A DNA stretch of 64,000 nucleotides from an uncultured virus (IMG/VR IMGVR_UViG_3300033121_001601) (Duplodnaviria; Heunggongvirae; Uroviricota; Caudoviricetes), in the IMG/VR virus record IMGVR_UViG_3300033121_001601, positions 1 to 64,000 of that record. One strand, 5' to 3'. The position numbers and the translations under genes were made by a program. Below are positions 1-10,311 of the stretch, piece after piece; position 1 is the stretch's first letter; the number at the start of each line of letters is the position of its first letter. The notes under the pieces are model-generated. The model did no database searches. It worked only from the letters and a program-made list of their open reading frames with translations, and had not been told where the DNA came from.

Positions 1-1002
1 CCGCAGAATCTCTGCAGTGGTAATGGGTTTGGCTCCTTCTCGGGCAGCCATGAACTGCTGTTTGGTCATCTGTCCTACATCGTTCAATTCTTTTGGGATT
101 TCAAGCATGCGGACAGATATTCCATACTCCAGAAGAAGCTTTGCCAGTTTGAAACTCTTGGGACGAGCATCATTGTCAAGAGCAAGAAGAACCGGTGTGT
201 TGTTCTCGACAATTCGCTGAAAAAGAAGGTAAGAAGGATCAAGAGTTGACCCAAGAAGGCACGTGGCATTCTCGTTGCACTTTACAAGGTCAAACACTCC
301 CTCCGCCAAAGTAAGTTCCTGGGACCAGTCTACCACAAGTTCGTTGAAAACCACGGTCTCCCTAGGAATATGCGGGTTGGCATACTTGTTGCCCTTGAAC
401 TTACTCCACCACGTTCGGGCGCTGTAATAGTTCAAATTGCCCTTCACATCAAAAGAGGGGACAATCACCCTGAAGCGGTAGTCCTGTTCTCCCTTTGGGG
501 CTTTGTGCTCAGTTACCCCAAACTTCCAAAGCCAAAGGTCTTCCTTGGTGAGCCCTCGGCCATAAAGGTATTCCACGGCGCCTTTGACTGCTTTATTCTT
601 GCTCTCCAGGTGGTTGGCCAGAAGAGTGAACCCTTCTGGAAGGTGAAGGAGGGGAGGTGGTTCAGGCTCGGAAGGACGGTCGAACAGGTGGCTCAAATCC
701 AGGTCAATACACCGACGGTACTTCTCTTTGGCTTTGATCTTGAACTTTTCCCGGTATTCCTGGAGGAGATGGGGCTTGTATCGAGAGAGAAGGTTGACGA
801 GGTTGGTGGACCTATAGCCGCATACCCAGCAGTGAGTCAGGAAGTCATCTGTTCGGATGACCAATTTCCGCTTTTGGAGGTTGTCTTCCTTGTCAGCACA
901 AACCGGACAGACCACAGAGGCGTTGAGACCCTGGTTCGACAGTGTTGCACTGCCGAAAGCTCTCTCAATGAACTCAATGACTTGTCCGGTCGTCGATTCC
1001 AT
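1..1002 (-). CDS. DNA primase (Zn-finger + TOPRIM, DnaG/gp61-like); 3' end runs off the window
   Basis: Missing from the ORF track; translated by hand from ATG 1002 (MESTTGQVIEF...). Has CPVC...HCWVC zinc finger, YLYGRGL, RVIVPSFD..G.LNYYSAR, KYANP, and TOPRIM motifs AEGVFD and ALDND. No stop codon down to base 1. Confidence 0.9.
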   Translation of the reverse strand, partial: MESTTGQVIEFIERAFGSATLSNQGLNASVVCPVCADKEDNLQKRKLVIRTDDFLTHCWVCGYRSTNLVNLLSRYKPHLLQEYREKFKIKAKEKYRRCIDLDLSHLFDRPSEPEPPPLLHLPEGFTLLANHLESKNKAVKGAVEYLYGRGLTKEDLWLWKFGVTEHKAPKGEQDYRFRVIVPSFDVKGNLNYYSARTWWSKFKGNKYANPHIPRETVVFNELVVDWSQELTLAEGVFDLVKCNENATCLLGSTLDPSYLLFQRIVENNTPVLLALDNDARPKSFKLAKLLLEYGISVRMLEIPKELNDVGQMTKQQFMAAREGAKPITTAEILR

Positions 1003-1015
1003 TTACCACCACCAC

Positions 1016-1666
1016 CTACGGATGCAGAATTTGCCCACCCCTACAGATGACCCAGGCATCAATCTCGTCTTCTACACCAGCAGCCGGAACAACTGAACCT
1101 TTCTTCTTGCCCACCTGAACGGTACGGGTCTTGAAAGGTAGGTGCGGGTTGTTCAAGAGCACAAACTCCCGAACCTTCTCCTTCACAGGCCGCTTGTCTC
1201 CCTTGTTGTTCTTGTACCCGATCTTGGACCGAGCTGAGGTGACGTTGATGTCCAGGACCGGTACTCCGTACCACTTGTGGGTGAGGTAGCTCACCAGAGC
1301 ATTCATCTTGGCCAGGGTGAACAAGGTGTCAGCCGAGGAGAAACCCATAGAGTAGCCCTTGGCATTGGCTTCCACGAAAATCCTGGAAACCTTCACATTC
1401 CTGGGAGGGTTCTGCTTGATCCAGTCGATGACAGCATCCGCTTTGTCAAACAGGTTCGTCAACTTCGTGGAAGTCAACGGAACATGACCCATGAAATGCA
1501 AGGCCCCTGTCTTCTTGTCCAACATCACCACACCCGTGATGGAGCTGGAGATGTCCAGGCCCAGGTCCACCTCCACCGGAGCTTGGGTCACTGGATGGTA
1601 ATGGGAGGCTCCCAGAGCCTTTGCAACCGTCTCTGGATCCACCTTGGGCATGGTGGAAGGCTTCAC
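1016..1666 (-). CDS. RuvC-like Holliday junction resolvase
   Basis: RNase H-fold catalytic pattern LGLDISSSITG, IFVE and DEIDA. Start placed at GTG 1666 (GTGA overlap with the upstream stop); ATG 1651 is an alternative. Confidence 0.8.
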   Translation of the reverse strand: MKPSTMPKVDPETVAKALGASHYHPVTQAPVEVDLGLDISSSITGVVMLDKKTGALHFMGHVPLTSTKLTNLFDKADAVIDWIKQNPPRNVKVSRIFVEANAKGYSMGFSSADTLFTLAKMNALVSYLTHKWYGVPVLDINVTSARSKIGYKNNKGDKRPVKEKVREFVLLNNPHLPFKTRTVQVGKKKGSVVPAAGVEDEIDAWVICRGGQILHP

Positions 1667-2148
1667 TTTGAGACGGCCTTCTTGCGCCTCACAGGTGCCT
1701 TCCTTGGCCTCTTCTTTGGTTTGGGTGGAGATGGGTTCCGGGCTTCGTTGATCCTTTTGAGAGCTTGGATCATTGTATCCGACCAAAACTCGTATGTTGC
1801 TCCGTTTGCTTTTGCCCATATTTCTGCTGCCTTTGCTTTCTTCAACACTTTCGGATTGTTTAAGCGATCCTTCCGCTTCACTTCGACCAGTTTCTTTGTG
1901 CCGTCAGCGTAGGTTACCAGGAAGTCGGGGAAATATGAACGAATTTTCCCTGTTCGTGGGTTGGACAGGTAGGGAATGGAAAGACACTCGTATCCGTATT
2001 CCTTCACGGAAGGCTCGGAATCAAGGAAAATACAGACTTCCTTCTCCCACCCCGACCTGTACTCGATGGGAGTGGAACACTTGGGGCTCCTGTGGATGCC
2101 CGTTTTGTAGCGTCTTTTCCGCCGTCTTCTTTTCTTCGTGACTGCCAT
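1663..2148 (-). CDS. TnsA-like PD-(D/E)XK endonuclease / T4 gp4-like head completion nuclease
   Basis: YRSGWE, IPY, YFPDF and EVK motifs. ATG 2148 is preceded by TGgCATACT at 6 nt. Confidence 0.8.
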   Translation of the reverse strand: MAVTKKRRRRKRRYKTGIHRSPKCSTPIEYRSGWEKEVCIFLDSEPSVKEYGYECLSIPYLSNPRTGKIRSYFPDFLVTYADGTKKLVEVKRKDRLNNPKVLKKAKAAEIWAKANGATYEFWSDTMIQALKRINEARNPSPPKPKKRPRKAPVRRKKAVSK

Positions 2149-2195
2149 AGCATCAGTATGCCACAAAAGCAACCAGAAGGGCATTATCCCAAAAG

Positions 2196-2231
2196 CGTGG
2201 AGGATAACCAAGAGGGAGGGGGAGGGAGGGG
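2196..2231 (+). repeat. Dispersed 25-bp element followed by GGGA runs (copy 1)
   Basis: CGTGGAGGATAACCAAGAGGGAGGG is identical to the reverse complement of 56843-56867; four G>=3 runs in total. Confidence 0.9.
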
Positions 2232-2238
2232 ATAGTTA
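2232..2238 (+). promoter_or_regulatory. Putative phage late-promoter motif (A/C)TANTTA
   Basis: ATAGTTA upstream of ORF 2258; one of 12 upstream copies found in the window. Confidence 0.55.
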
Positions 2239-2257
2239 GAGGAGACTCAGAGGGTAA

Positions 2258-2626
2258 ATGAAAATTAAGAAAGAACAGCTCTTGCGGTTGATTCAGGAGA
2301 GTGTAAGGTCAGCTCTCAAGGAAATGGCGATGGGCAAACAGAACACTTCGGCTACGTTGGACTTCTTTGAGTCTGGGCCTGTTACCGTTCATGGAATCTA
2401 CTACCCACCACGGCGTGGTACAATGTACGAGCCCCCGGAGTATCCGGAGTTTGAGCTTCATACCATTTCAAAAGACGGTAAGGAGCTGACTCCAGAGGAG
2501 TTCTTGGCCATTGAGAACCAAGCTCGGGCTGAAGTTGGAGAAGACCCGATGGACGAGGAGCAACTCTACACCAAGGTGGAGGAAGAAGTTCTCTCGATGG
2601 GACCAGACAAAGAAGACGACTACTAG
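2258..2626 (+). CDS. Acidic hypothetical protein with an MKI..QL..LI.E leader, possibly a virion-internal protein
   Basis: 122 aa with a G/A-rich RBS. N-terminus MKIKKEQLLRLIQE resembles that of ORF 37352. Confidence 0.7.
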   Translation: MKIKKEQLLRLIQESVRSALKEMAMGKQNTSATLDFFESGPVTVHGIYYPPRRGTMYEPPEYPEFELHTISKDGKELTPEEFLAIENQARAEVGEDPMDEEQLYTKVEEEVLSMGPDKEDDY

Positions 2627-4992
2627 AAGTCCATCCTGACCTTAAACAAGAACTTCTCCCCTGTTCTTGCTACAATCGGTTGGGCCAGAGCTGTACGTGT
2701 GATCACGTTCAGGTTGTCGTCATGTAGGTTGATTCCTGTGATGTAGACGAATCTCTGGTCGGTGTCGTTAGCATCTGTCGAAGCCGAAACCGGTTCATAG
2801 TTCGGGTTGCTTGAAGAAACGGTTGCCAGTGGCCTCTTGAAGAGGTTGTAGGTCAGGATGTGGGTGTTCTGCTTACCTGAGAACTGCAACTCGAACTGAT
2901 CCGTCCCAAAGAAATAGAGATGCGGGTGCTTCAGAAGAATGATGCCTTCGTTGTAGAAGACATTCCCCACAGAAGCCCAATCTGGGTGAGAGCCCGAGGT
3001 GTTGGCACGGAAAATATTTCCTTCGCCATCATCCCGTAGGGTCATTTCCATCTTCCCCGAGGAACCCGTGAGGTTGGTGTCAGTAATGACCACGGAACCT
3101 GGAAGGATTTGGAGACCATAGTACAGATTGGACACATCGAAGAAAACAACCTGATTAGATGAGTTATCTCCGGTCCTCTGAAGAATGGTGTATCTTTCGC
3201 TGGGTGGATCGCCCAGGTTCTCTGGGCTGACTCCATTGAGTGCCCTTACAAGGGCTCCAGAAGCCTCTTGAACAGGCGTCTGAAAGAGTTCAATGGGAAG
3301 ATAGTTCCGGAGCGTTACGAAGCCCGGATGGGTGCTTCCGTTGTCAGCAACGAACTGTGTTGCCTCCACCTTGTGAGGAGCTTGGAAACTTTGAGTTATG
3401 GATACAGGGAGTCCGGGAACGGCATAGTCATCCGGACCTGGGATCATGAAGGTGAAGTTTGGCAAGAAGTTGCCGTTGTCATTCGGCAAAAGAGTTAAAT
3501 GCCTCTTCAGGTTGCTACCTGAAGAGTACAGATACTCATTGAAGCTGGTAGGAACAGTAGCACTTCCTGTGATCGCCGAAGCGGTCAGATTGAATAGGCG
3601 AGCATATTTTCCGGTTGCGAAGTCCCTGGCAAAATTCTCCAGGTTAAGGTAGTGGCCATAGCCGCCAAAAGCAGCTTCAACATTAATTGGAGTTACTGTG
3701 GTGCCATTGATTTCAAAGAAAGGAGTTGCCAGCACTCCTCCGTGGCCTCCAAAGAATGTCCTGAAAGGCGATTCTGTGCTGTAGAAGGGCGGAAGGTAGA
3801 ATTTCAGCCGGTCATGCAAGAGGGCACTTCCGGAAACAGGCCCTCCTGTTTGCAGGAAGTCCACTTCGTCATTGCTCAGGTATCTGCCGTAAATCTTCAA
3901 TTCATGGACTTCGGCATTCAGACCATGGTCTAGGAGATAGCCTGGAGGCCATTGACCAATGTCATCAACGAGTTGATCGAGTCCATCCCTTGGAGAAACT
4001 TCATTGGTGAAGAAGTAAGGAACGGCTTGCCCTTCGAAGAAGTTGCCAATGAAGAGGCAGTTCTCATTGTGGTAATCCGTCATACTGGCCGACGGGATCA
4101 CAAAGGTTCCTACAGTGTTCCCATTCACCACAAAAGAACCGGAGCCCTGGTTGTAGCCTGTGGTTCCCCAACGGATGGATACGTGGTGCCACGTGTTTCT
4201 GCGTAGAGCATTGTCATCCGAGAAGAAGACAAGGTTGTAGGGGTAACTTCCAGAGTAAGCTTGCGATGGCTGTATTTCAGCTGAATGACTCAGTTGAAGA
4301 CATAGCTTATAGCCATCCACTTTGCCATTTATGTCCCTGGAGGATCCAGACATTAAGGAAATGGCATATGAGCTGGACCTGTGGAACACTGTTCCTGCTT
4401 TGAAGTCGGCTCCCTTGTAGTCGTTGGTGTAACGAGGATTGATCCAAAAGTCAAAGGTAAAGGCACCAGTTACAGCGTACTGGCGGTTTTTGTCAGCATA
4501 GATGAAGGCTGTGTCTTCCGGAAGACCTGAACTTGTGATGAAATTCAGACTGTGGTAGTTCGTGAAGGCAAAGTGAGCTTCAGGGTATGCTCCACGGTAG
4601 TATGGCATCAGGTTGTTCATCACAACCTTCTTTCGAAGGGTGTTCGAACTGAAGTGAGCTGAAGGCTCAAACCTGATCACTCCCACGGTCTGCTGTTTAC
4701 GCAAAGACATGGACTGGGAATTTACGTTCCGCAGGTAGTCCTGGAGCATTCCAGTTTTGTTGGTAGCCGAATTCTGGACAATTGCGTTCCGGATGCCATC
4801 CAGGTCTTGGTCAATGAAAGACCCCGAGAAGATGGAGAGAGGATGCACTTCCTTCTCAAAAGGGCTTCTCCGGGCAAAGACATGGAGAGTCCCACTTACG
4901 ACACCTTGGGAGCTGGACGAAAAAGTCCTTGGCGGGGTTGTCGTAAGGGTAAACGTCTCTATGTCATCAGGGTTGATCCTCTGGATGGTCAC
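2623..4992 (-). CDS. Virion structural protein with LamG/concanavalin-like domain
   Basis: FTFDFWINP, WHHVSIRW and ELKIY motifs are LamG-like. C-terminus YITGINLHD..LN....L.QP...FKVRMDF is shared with ORF 5756-6904. Confidence 0.75.
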   Translation of the reverse strand: MTIQRINPDDIETFTLTTTPPRTFSSSSQGVVSGTLHVFARRSPFEKEVHPLSIFSGSFIDQDLDGIRNAIVQNSATNKTGMLQDYLRNVNSQSMSLRKQQTVGVIRFEPSAHFSSNTLRKKVVMNNLMPYYRGAYPEAHFAFTNYHSLNFITSSGLPEDTAFIYADKNRQYAVTGAFTFDFWINPRYTNDYKGADFKAGTVFHRSSSYAISLMSGSSRDINGKVDGYKLCLQLSHSAEIQPSQAYSGSYPYNLVFFSDDNALRRNTWHHVSIRWGTTGYNQGSGSFVVNGNTVGTFVIPSASMTDYHNENCLFIGNFFEGQAVPYFFTNEVSPRDGLDQLVDDIGQWPPGYLLDHGLNAEVHELKIYGRYLSNDEVDFLQTGGPVSGSALLHDRLKFYLPPFYSTESPFRTFFGGHGGVLATPFFEINGTTVTPINVEAAFGGYGHYLNLENFARDFATGKYARLFNLTASAITGSATVPTSFNEYLYSSGSNLKRHLTLLPNDNGNFLPNFTFMIPGPDDYAVPGLPVSITQSFQAPHKVEATQFVADNGSTHPGFVTLRNYLPIELFQTPVQEASGALVRALNGVSPENLGDPPSERYTILQRTGDNSSNQVVFFDVSNLYYGLQILPGSVVITDTNLTGSSGKMEMTLRDDGEGNIFRANTSGSHPDWASVGNVFYNEGIILLKHPHLYFFGTDQFELQFSGKQNTHILTYNLFKRPLATVSSSNPNYEPVSASTDANDTDQRFVYITGINLHDDNLNVITRTALAQPIVARTGEKFLFKVRMDF

Positions 4993-5014
4993 GCTTGAAC
5001 TCCCTTACTCCTTC

Positions 5015-5713
5015 CTAAGTAGCAGGATTGGGCTTCTTGGGCCGCTTGTTGCGAAAAGTGTCAGTTCGCTCATGGCAATCAATGCAAAGTGTTCTGCCGT
5101 TGTTGATGTCCCAGAGTGCCTCACAGCCAACACTATCTTCCACAGACTTCACATTGCATTCTCGGATAATGTCTGCAGACTTTTTGATGTGATCGGCATT
5201 GATAGCTTTCGAAGCATTTCCGCACCATACACACTTGAAACCATCTCTCTGAAAAACAGCTAGACGCCACTGAGCGTATTTTTCTGTTTGTCGGATTGCT
5301 AAATTCAACAAAGTTTTGCGTTTTCCTGCTGGTTTCCAGTTTGGATTGTTTGTTCCTTTGTGGTTTCGAGCGCCATTGGCGAACTGCTGTTTGTGGATTT
5401 GGGAAACCTTGGTTGCCATCACAGCAACCCTAGAATCCGACTCCTTGGTCAATCCCTTGATCCAAGTTGGTTGTCCTTTTGTTGGACCCTCTTTGCCATA
5501 GAAATGATGCCTCTCTCCCGATTTTGCACAAGACTTGGAGCAAAACCTGGAGGTTCTTCGGTGAGTAATAGAGGCCACATACGGCTTCTTGCAAGCTTCG
5601 CACAATCGTTCCAGTGGTTCTTTCCGGCAAGCAACCGAACAGTAGTTTTTTTCCTTGACAGCGGAAGGAACTCTTTCAAATTCCATCGAGCATCGAGCAC
5701 ATATCACCAACAT
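5015..5713 (-). CDS. HNH homing endonuclease with N-terminal Cys-rich Zn ribbons
   Basis: C..C...YCS..C repeats, NPNWK, and RDGFKCVWCG..ADHIK..WDINNGRTLCIDCH. Confidence 0.85.
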   Translation of the reverse strand: MLVICARCSMEFERVPSAVKEKNYCSVACRKEPLERLCEACKKPYVASITHRRTSRFCSKSCAKSGERHHFYGKEGPTKGQPTWIKGLTKESDSRVAVMATKVSQIHKQQFANGARNHKGTNNPNWKPAGKRKTLLNLAIRQTEKYAQWRLAVFQRDGFKCVWCGNASKAINADHIKKSADIIRECNVKSVEDSVGCEALWDINNGRTLCIDCHERTDTFRNKRPKKPNPAT

Positions 5714-5755
5714 GGCAACCTCACGTTGTAAGTATGTACTGAATTGTTGTATATG

Positions 5756-6904
5756 CTAGAAGTCCAATCGCACTTTGAAGGCAATATCTCTCTCATCGTC
5801 CTTAAGCACAGGCCGGGAAAGCTTTGCAACAGCCAAGAGATTGTCCAGAGCGTCATACAGGCCAATTCCGGTGATGAAGACAAAGCTTCGCTGGGACTCC
5901 TCTTGGCCCTCATCAATCACCACAATCCTGCTATCTGTGTCCGTGTAGGTAGGATTGCTGGAATAGTTGAACTCGTCCGCAGCCGCCCGACAGAAAAACA
6001 GGGCACTGTTGATGTTGGTGATGTTCTGAAAGGTCATGGCCGTCTGTGTTGACCCCGAGAACCTTGTTGTAGCAATGTGGTCCACGATGTTGTCAATCGA
6101 GGCAGAAGCCAGGAACTGGTTGAACGAACCCGTGAACGGAACCTGCCCGGAAACGCTCATTCCATCAATGGTCCCTGTCAAGTAAGTGGTTGCCGTATTT
6201 TGAGCAGAGAAAATTTGACCCATATCCAGGACGGCGATTCCTCTGTCAATGAACAAAAGACCAACTTGTTTGTTCACATTGGCTGAATTCAGAATGGCCG
6301 AGACCTGGCCTCCGAAACTCAGGCTTTTGTTAACGGAAGAGCTGAGGTCGGTATAGATAGCTCCGCTGGTTGCCTGAGTGGTTAGGAGGGTGCCAGTCTG
6401 GAAAAGTTGAACTGCAAAGGTTTCCCTCTTGATTTGATCACGAGAGAATAACCTCTTGAAGCAAATGAACAAAGCCTCGTTGATGACATTTGTGGTAGAA
6501 TCCGAAGTGAAGCTGAACTGCTCATTTGCATTCCCAAGAAGAGAGCCCGCCATCTGTCGATAGAGATCAATCTTCTCACGCATCATTAAGGACTGTGAAG
6601 GGAAGGTGTATTTCCCATTTAAGTCAAGAACAGGGGAGGTTCCAGAAACAACAGCTGAGTTGACATGCAACCCAATGGTCATGTCAAAAACAGGATTTGC
6701 CGTTTGGAGAGAAAAATCCTGATCAAAAACAGTCTGGAAAAGGGAACTGGTAACCCCAGGCCCCAAACCGCCTGTTACAAAAACTTGATACTTGCGTCTA
6801 GTGACAGACCCCGAGATGTCCTCCTGGATGACGTCAACCAACTGGTTGAGGAAAGACCGGGAGGTCTTGATGTCTTCAGCTCCGAATTCCTTGAAGGTTG
6901 CCAC
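5756..6904 (-). CDS. Virion/baseplate structural protein
   Basis: 382 aa with AAGGAG RBS. FNYSSNPTY and FITGIGLYD..NLLAVAKLSRP..K..FKVRLDF make its C-terminus paralogous to ORF 2623. Confidence 0.7.
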   Translation of the reverse strand: MATFKEFGAEDIKTSRSFLNQLVDVIQEDISGSVTRRKYQVFVTGGLGPGVTSSLFQTVFDQDFSLQTANPVFDMTIGLHVNSAVVSGTSPVLDLNGKYTFPSQSLMMREKIDLYRQMAGSLLGNANEQFSFTSDSTTNVINEALFICFKRLFSRDQIKRETFAVQLFQTGTLLTTQATSGAIYTDLSSSVNKSLSFGGQVSAILNSANVNKQVGLLFIDRGIAVLDMGQIFSAQNTATTYLTGTIDGMSVSGQVPFTGSFNQFLASASIDNIVDHIATTRFSGSTQTAMTFQNITNINSALFFCRAAADEFNYSSNPTYTDTDSRIVVIDEGQEESQRSFVFITGIGLYDALDNLLAVAKLSRPVLKDDERDIAFKVRLDF

Positions 6905-6921
6905 GTAATAACTCCTTGATT

Positions 6922-7713
6922 TTACTCTGTTTTTTGCTGTGCAATGTGTCTTAGCAAGAGCTGTTTGCCTCGTCCAGCAAACGAATCAGTTGCTTCGTGA
7001 CAAGGAATACATAGCGTTCTGCCATTCTTTGTATCCCACAGCGGTTTACACTTCACCGCATCTTCTACGCATTGAATTTTGTGGTCAAACAGCAAAATTG
7101 AGTACTGAACGAGATGATCAACTTGAAAAGGACCTCGTTGGATCCCGCACTCTTGACATGAGTAGCCATCTCTTTCAAAGCAGGCTCTTCTCCATTGTTT
7201 GTACTGAATAGTTTCTCGAATCTGCTTGTAGAGTGTGGTTACTCCACCATTCCAATTTGGGTTGTTTTCGCCCTTCATGTCCTCTCGGGTTTGACCGTAA
7301 AGAGGATGATTGCTGCCAGCGTACTTGCCCACTCTGGCTTCTGATATCTTCCGTTTGGACTCTTCCGACATCTTCTTGCCTTGGCGAACTTTTCTCATCT
7401 TGGCTTTGGTGACTTCAGAGTGACATTTGCCTGTCATAGTTGGCCGAATGGCTGCCAATCGTACCTTTTCTTCTTCTGAAACACCATTGAGGCGGCGTTC
7501 CTCATTGGCTTTGATGACATTCTGAATCACTTTGGTTTTGTGCTCTTCCGAAAGTCTGCGACCAGTAAGGGCTTGCGAGACAGAACGAGTGGGAATCCCA
7601 AACTTACGAAGGTAATTTTGGATCGTAGGCGTAGAGCACCCTGCCAGTTTGGCAATTACTGCCATTGACAGACCTTCCACAAGGTACTTCTGGCTCAACC
7701 ACTCGTATTCCAT
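6922..7713 (-). CDS. HNH homing endonuclease with HTH and NUMOD3 repeats
   Basis: HSEVTKAKM and SEESKRKISE (NUMOD3); CQECG..VDH..WDTKNGRTLCIPCH. Paralogous to ORF 5015. Confidence 0.85.
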   Translation of the reverse strand: MEYEWLSQKYLVEGLSMAVIAKLAGCSTPTIQNYLRKFGIPTRSVSQALTGRRLSEEHKTKVIQNVIKANEERRLNGVSEEEKVRLAAIRPTMTGKCHSEVTKAKMRKVRQGKKMSEESKRKISEARVGKYAGSNHPLYGQTREDMKGENNPNWNGGVTTLYKQIRETIQYKQWRRACFERDGYSCQECGIQRGPFQVDHLVQYSILLFDHKIQCVEDAVKCKPLWDTKNGRTLCIPCHEATDSFAGRGKQLLLRHIAQQKTE

Positions 7714-7716
7714 GTT

Positions 7717-8436
7717 TTAGCTCAACTTATTGATTTGGACTTCGAATTCTTTGACGGCCCCAGACTGCACCCCAGAGATTCGAACGAATGTCGAGATGAG
7801 GTTCTTATTGAACTTGGCTCCGTAAATCTGGAACTGAGCCTCGGTGATGGCCTTCACCCCAATCGTGAAAGTTACCTGAGAGCCGCCTACCGAGTTCTCC
7901 GTGGTATCACGGGATAGAATGTAGGTCGCCCTTTGCTGTACGTCAATATTATCAGCAGCACGGGAAAGCACCTGGACAAATTTGTTGTCCATGTCCAGGA
8001 TAAAAGCTTGGTCCCGAAGCTCCACATCAATTGTGGTCTCGCCACCTCCGATAGACTGCTGTACTGTGATTTGACGAGTCTTGTTGGTCGTTGTACCAAT
8101 CGACACTGTGTTATTCGTGGAATCAATACCGAGACCACCAGCCAGAGCCAAGTTGGGAAGTCGAATCAGGTTTGGGTTCGACAGAGACACACACCGATTC
8201 TTCATGGCATAGGCCCCATTGGTCAGTGCCTCAAAAATCGGAGTGTTCTTCTCAATTTTCTCTTTGCCAACCGTACGGCCAAACTGTTGGATAATCGTGT
8301 AGTCTACCTCATCATCCCCAGGAGCCCACTTGATAATGGAAAAACTTCCATCGTTCCGAGCCAGAAGTTGACGACCCGTATCAGTCAGGGCAGCGTCCAG
8401 GATGATGTTGTTCGTGTCTTGCTGTAGAAAACCCAT
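7717..8436 (-). CDS. Virion/baseplate structural protein
   Basis: N-terminus MGFL...ILDAALTDTGRQLLA..F.I..GDDEVDY is paralogous to ORF 16938; lies in the structural operon. Confidence 0.65.
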   Translation of the reverse strand: MGFLQQDTNNIILDAALTDTGRQLLARNDGSFSIIKWAPGDDEVDYTIIQQFGRTVGKEKIEKNTPIFEALTNGAYAMKNRCVSLSNPNLIRLPNLALAGGLGIDSTNNTVSIGTTTNKTRQITVQQSIGGGETTIDVELRDQAFILDMDNKFVQVLSRAADNIDVQQRATYILSRDTTENSVGGSQVTFTIGVKAITEAQFQIYGAKFNKNLISTFVRISGVQSGAVKEFEVQINKLS

Positions 8437-8472
8437 TGCTCACCTTATCGCAGCTTTGCTGCTCTGTGCTAA

Positions 8473-10311
8473 TTAGAAAGGTCTTCCTGTTCTCACGCCA
8501 GGAAGAGAATTTGAAACTGCTGCTGGATCGGTAACATTTTTTACGGTAGGGACGCTCGTAAGCCGAACGTCCTGCAAGGTAATATCCACACTTGCTTGAG
8601 TTTGGAGGTCAACGTTGATGAGCTGAAGGCGGTACTTGCCATTGAGTCGGTTCGTCTTTAAAAGACCCAAATCTGCCCCAAGTCCATCCAGCAATGTCAA
8701 ATACTCTGGGTTAAAAACCACTCGTATATTTGTGTGGTCCGAATCCTTCATTGTATCCACGAACGTATCAGCGTTCAGGTAAGCATTTGGATACTGTTTT
8801 GGGGCTCCGGAAACAGAAACCAACTTCTTGACAAGCCTATTGGCAAAACGGTCGAAAGAAACCTGCAGTTGCAGAGAGTAGTTCGAGGTCAGTCCGTGGG
8901 CATCAATTGCAGCTACAGCGTAGATATAGTTCGAGTCCTTCCCGAACTCATGATCCATATAGAAGCCGACAAAACTAGAGGTTCTCTCTACCAGCTCGGG
9001 AAGGGGATATTCGCTCAGCTCAATTTTTGTGTTGGTGTTGTTGAAGTCCCACATCTTAATGAGCTGGAAAGGGTCTGCTATGCTTTTCCGGCGAAAGAGT
9101 TGGATGTACTTGATGTCTTGCTGCGGGTTGACCGGTAGATTCCAGGTGCAACGAAGAGCTCTCTCTCCATAGTCCCAGGCAACGTTGAAGTCAGCGGGAG
9201 GGGGAGGTGGAACCATTTCAACAGTGTTGACCTTAACTTCCGGAGTGAATTTACTTCCCACCAAGAAAGAAACCAGAAGGTTCTGCTTTGACTTCACATC
9301 CACAGCTCTAGCTTCCACCAAGTAGACAGCCCGAATGCGGTAGAAGTAGGAAGAGTTGTATTTTACCTGTCCGTCGAAAGTAACAGCCGTCCTGGGGTCC
9401 TCAATGATGATTTGAGGATGTATCTCGATTGAGCTATCCGACTTGATCTCCTTCTTCTCAATAATATAGCCAAGGCTATGGACGACCGGCGCATAACCGT
9501 TAGTGTCGGCCGATCTGTACCCCACATAAGACAATACCTCAAACTCGTAATCCAGCGGGGACATCAGATTGGAGTTGGCGTTGGTCACTGCTATGTCCTG
9601 AATGTGCTGAATGTCATTTAAGAATGTTCTAGCACTCAACTCATCAGAGAAAATACCAACCGAGTCGGCTCGAACGGTGTTGACCACAGGTACAAGAAGA
9701 CGGTTGTTTACCCTAGCACTCAAAGCCACCTTCTGAATTCTATCTGTAATCGCCAAGGCTGCCTCTCGCTGATTGGAGAAGGTTACTCCTTGCCGTGTGA
9801 GATCCGAAATTATTTCGGCCAGGAATTGAGCTGATACTTGGTCGGGCGTGTTATTGTTGATCAGCCTAATAAGCTCATTTGCGGACTGAGTGTTGTTGAA
9901 GTCCGGCAAAAGTTTTGCTAGTTGGTCCACAAAAAACTTCAACTTCAGGTCCACTCCAGTGTCCTGGTAATTGAAAGTGGTATAATCCCTGTTGGTAAAG
10001 GTCTCTTCGGAATGTAGCTTTTCCAGGTTAGCTCGAATAGAGACCGTTCCTCTGGCCATGTTGGTATCCGCATTGATAACAATGGGTTTCCATTGGAGCT
10101 TCACAAGCCTTGGAAGCCTCCTGGTTCTAGACACATAGGAAGCATCAAAAGTTTCCGATGGAAGCTGCTTCTCAGCAGCCTGGGAGGAGCCAAGGCCGTT
10201 TTCGAACTCATCGGCTGTCCAGTAGAAGTACTGGAATTCGGCATCAAGAGTTTCCACCTCTGGCACATCCAGGAGGGCAACATTTTTGGAAGGTAATGAT
10301 TCAATTCCCAT
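8473..10311 (-). CDS. Virion structural protein with FN3-like beta domains
   Basis: 612 aa; YFYRIRAV, PPPPADF..W, W..P and YIYAVAAID..G..S are FN3-like signatures. Confidence 0.6.
   Translation of the reverse strand: MGIESLPSKNVALLDVPEVETLDAEFQYFYWTADEFENGLGSSQAAEKQLPSETFDASYVSRTRRLPRLVKLQWKPIVINADTNMARGTVSIRANLEKLHSEETFTNRDYTTFNYQDTGVDLKLKFFVDQLAKLLPDFNNTQSANELIRLINNNTPDQVSAQFLAEIISDLTRQGVTFSNQREAALAITDRIQKVALSARVNNRLLVPVVNTVRADSVGIFSDELSARTFLNDIQHIQDIAVTNANSNLMSPLDYEFEVLSYVGYRSADTNGYAPVVHSLGYIIEKKEIKSDSSIEIHPQIIIEDPRTAVTFDGQVKYNSSYFYRIRAVYLVEARAVDVKSKQNLLVSFLVGSKFTPEVKVNTVEMVPPPPPADFNVAWDYGERALRCTWNLPVNPQQDIKYIQLFRRKSIADPFQLIKMWDFNNTNTKIELSEYPLPELVERTSSFVGFYMDHEFGKDSNYIYAVAAIDAHGLTSNYSLQLQVSFDRFANRLVKKLVSVSGAPKQYPNAYLNADTFVDTMKDSDHTNIRVVFNPEYLTLLDGLGADLGLLKTNRLNGKYRLQLINVDLQTQASVDITLQDVRLTSVPTVKNVTDPAAVSNSLPGVRTGRPF

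Noticed and set aside
370..1050. Long plus-strand ORFs such as 370-1050, 46745-47614 and 51729-52742
   Set aside because: They are antisense shadows of well-supported minus-strand genes and show no recognisable motifs.
1663..2148. TnsA-like gene as a Tn7 transposon
   Set aside because: There is no TnsB/TnsC or transposon end; size and context fit a gp4-like head completion nuclease.
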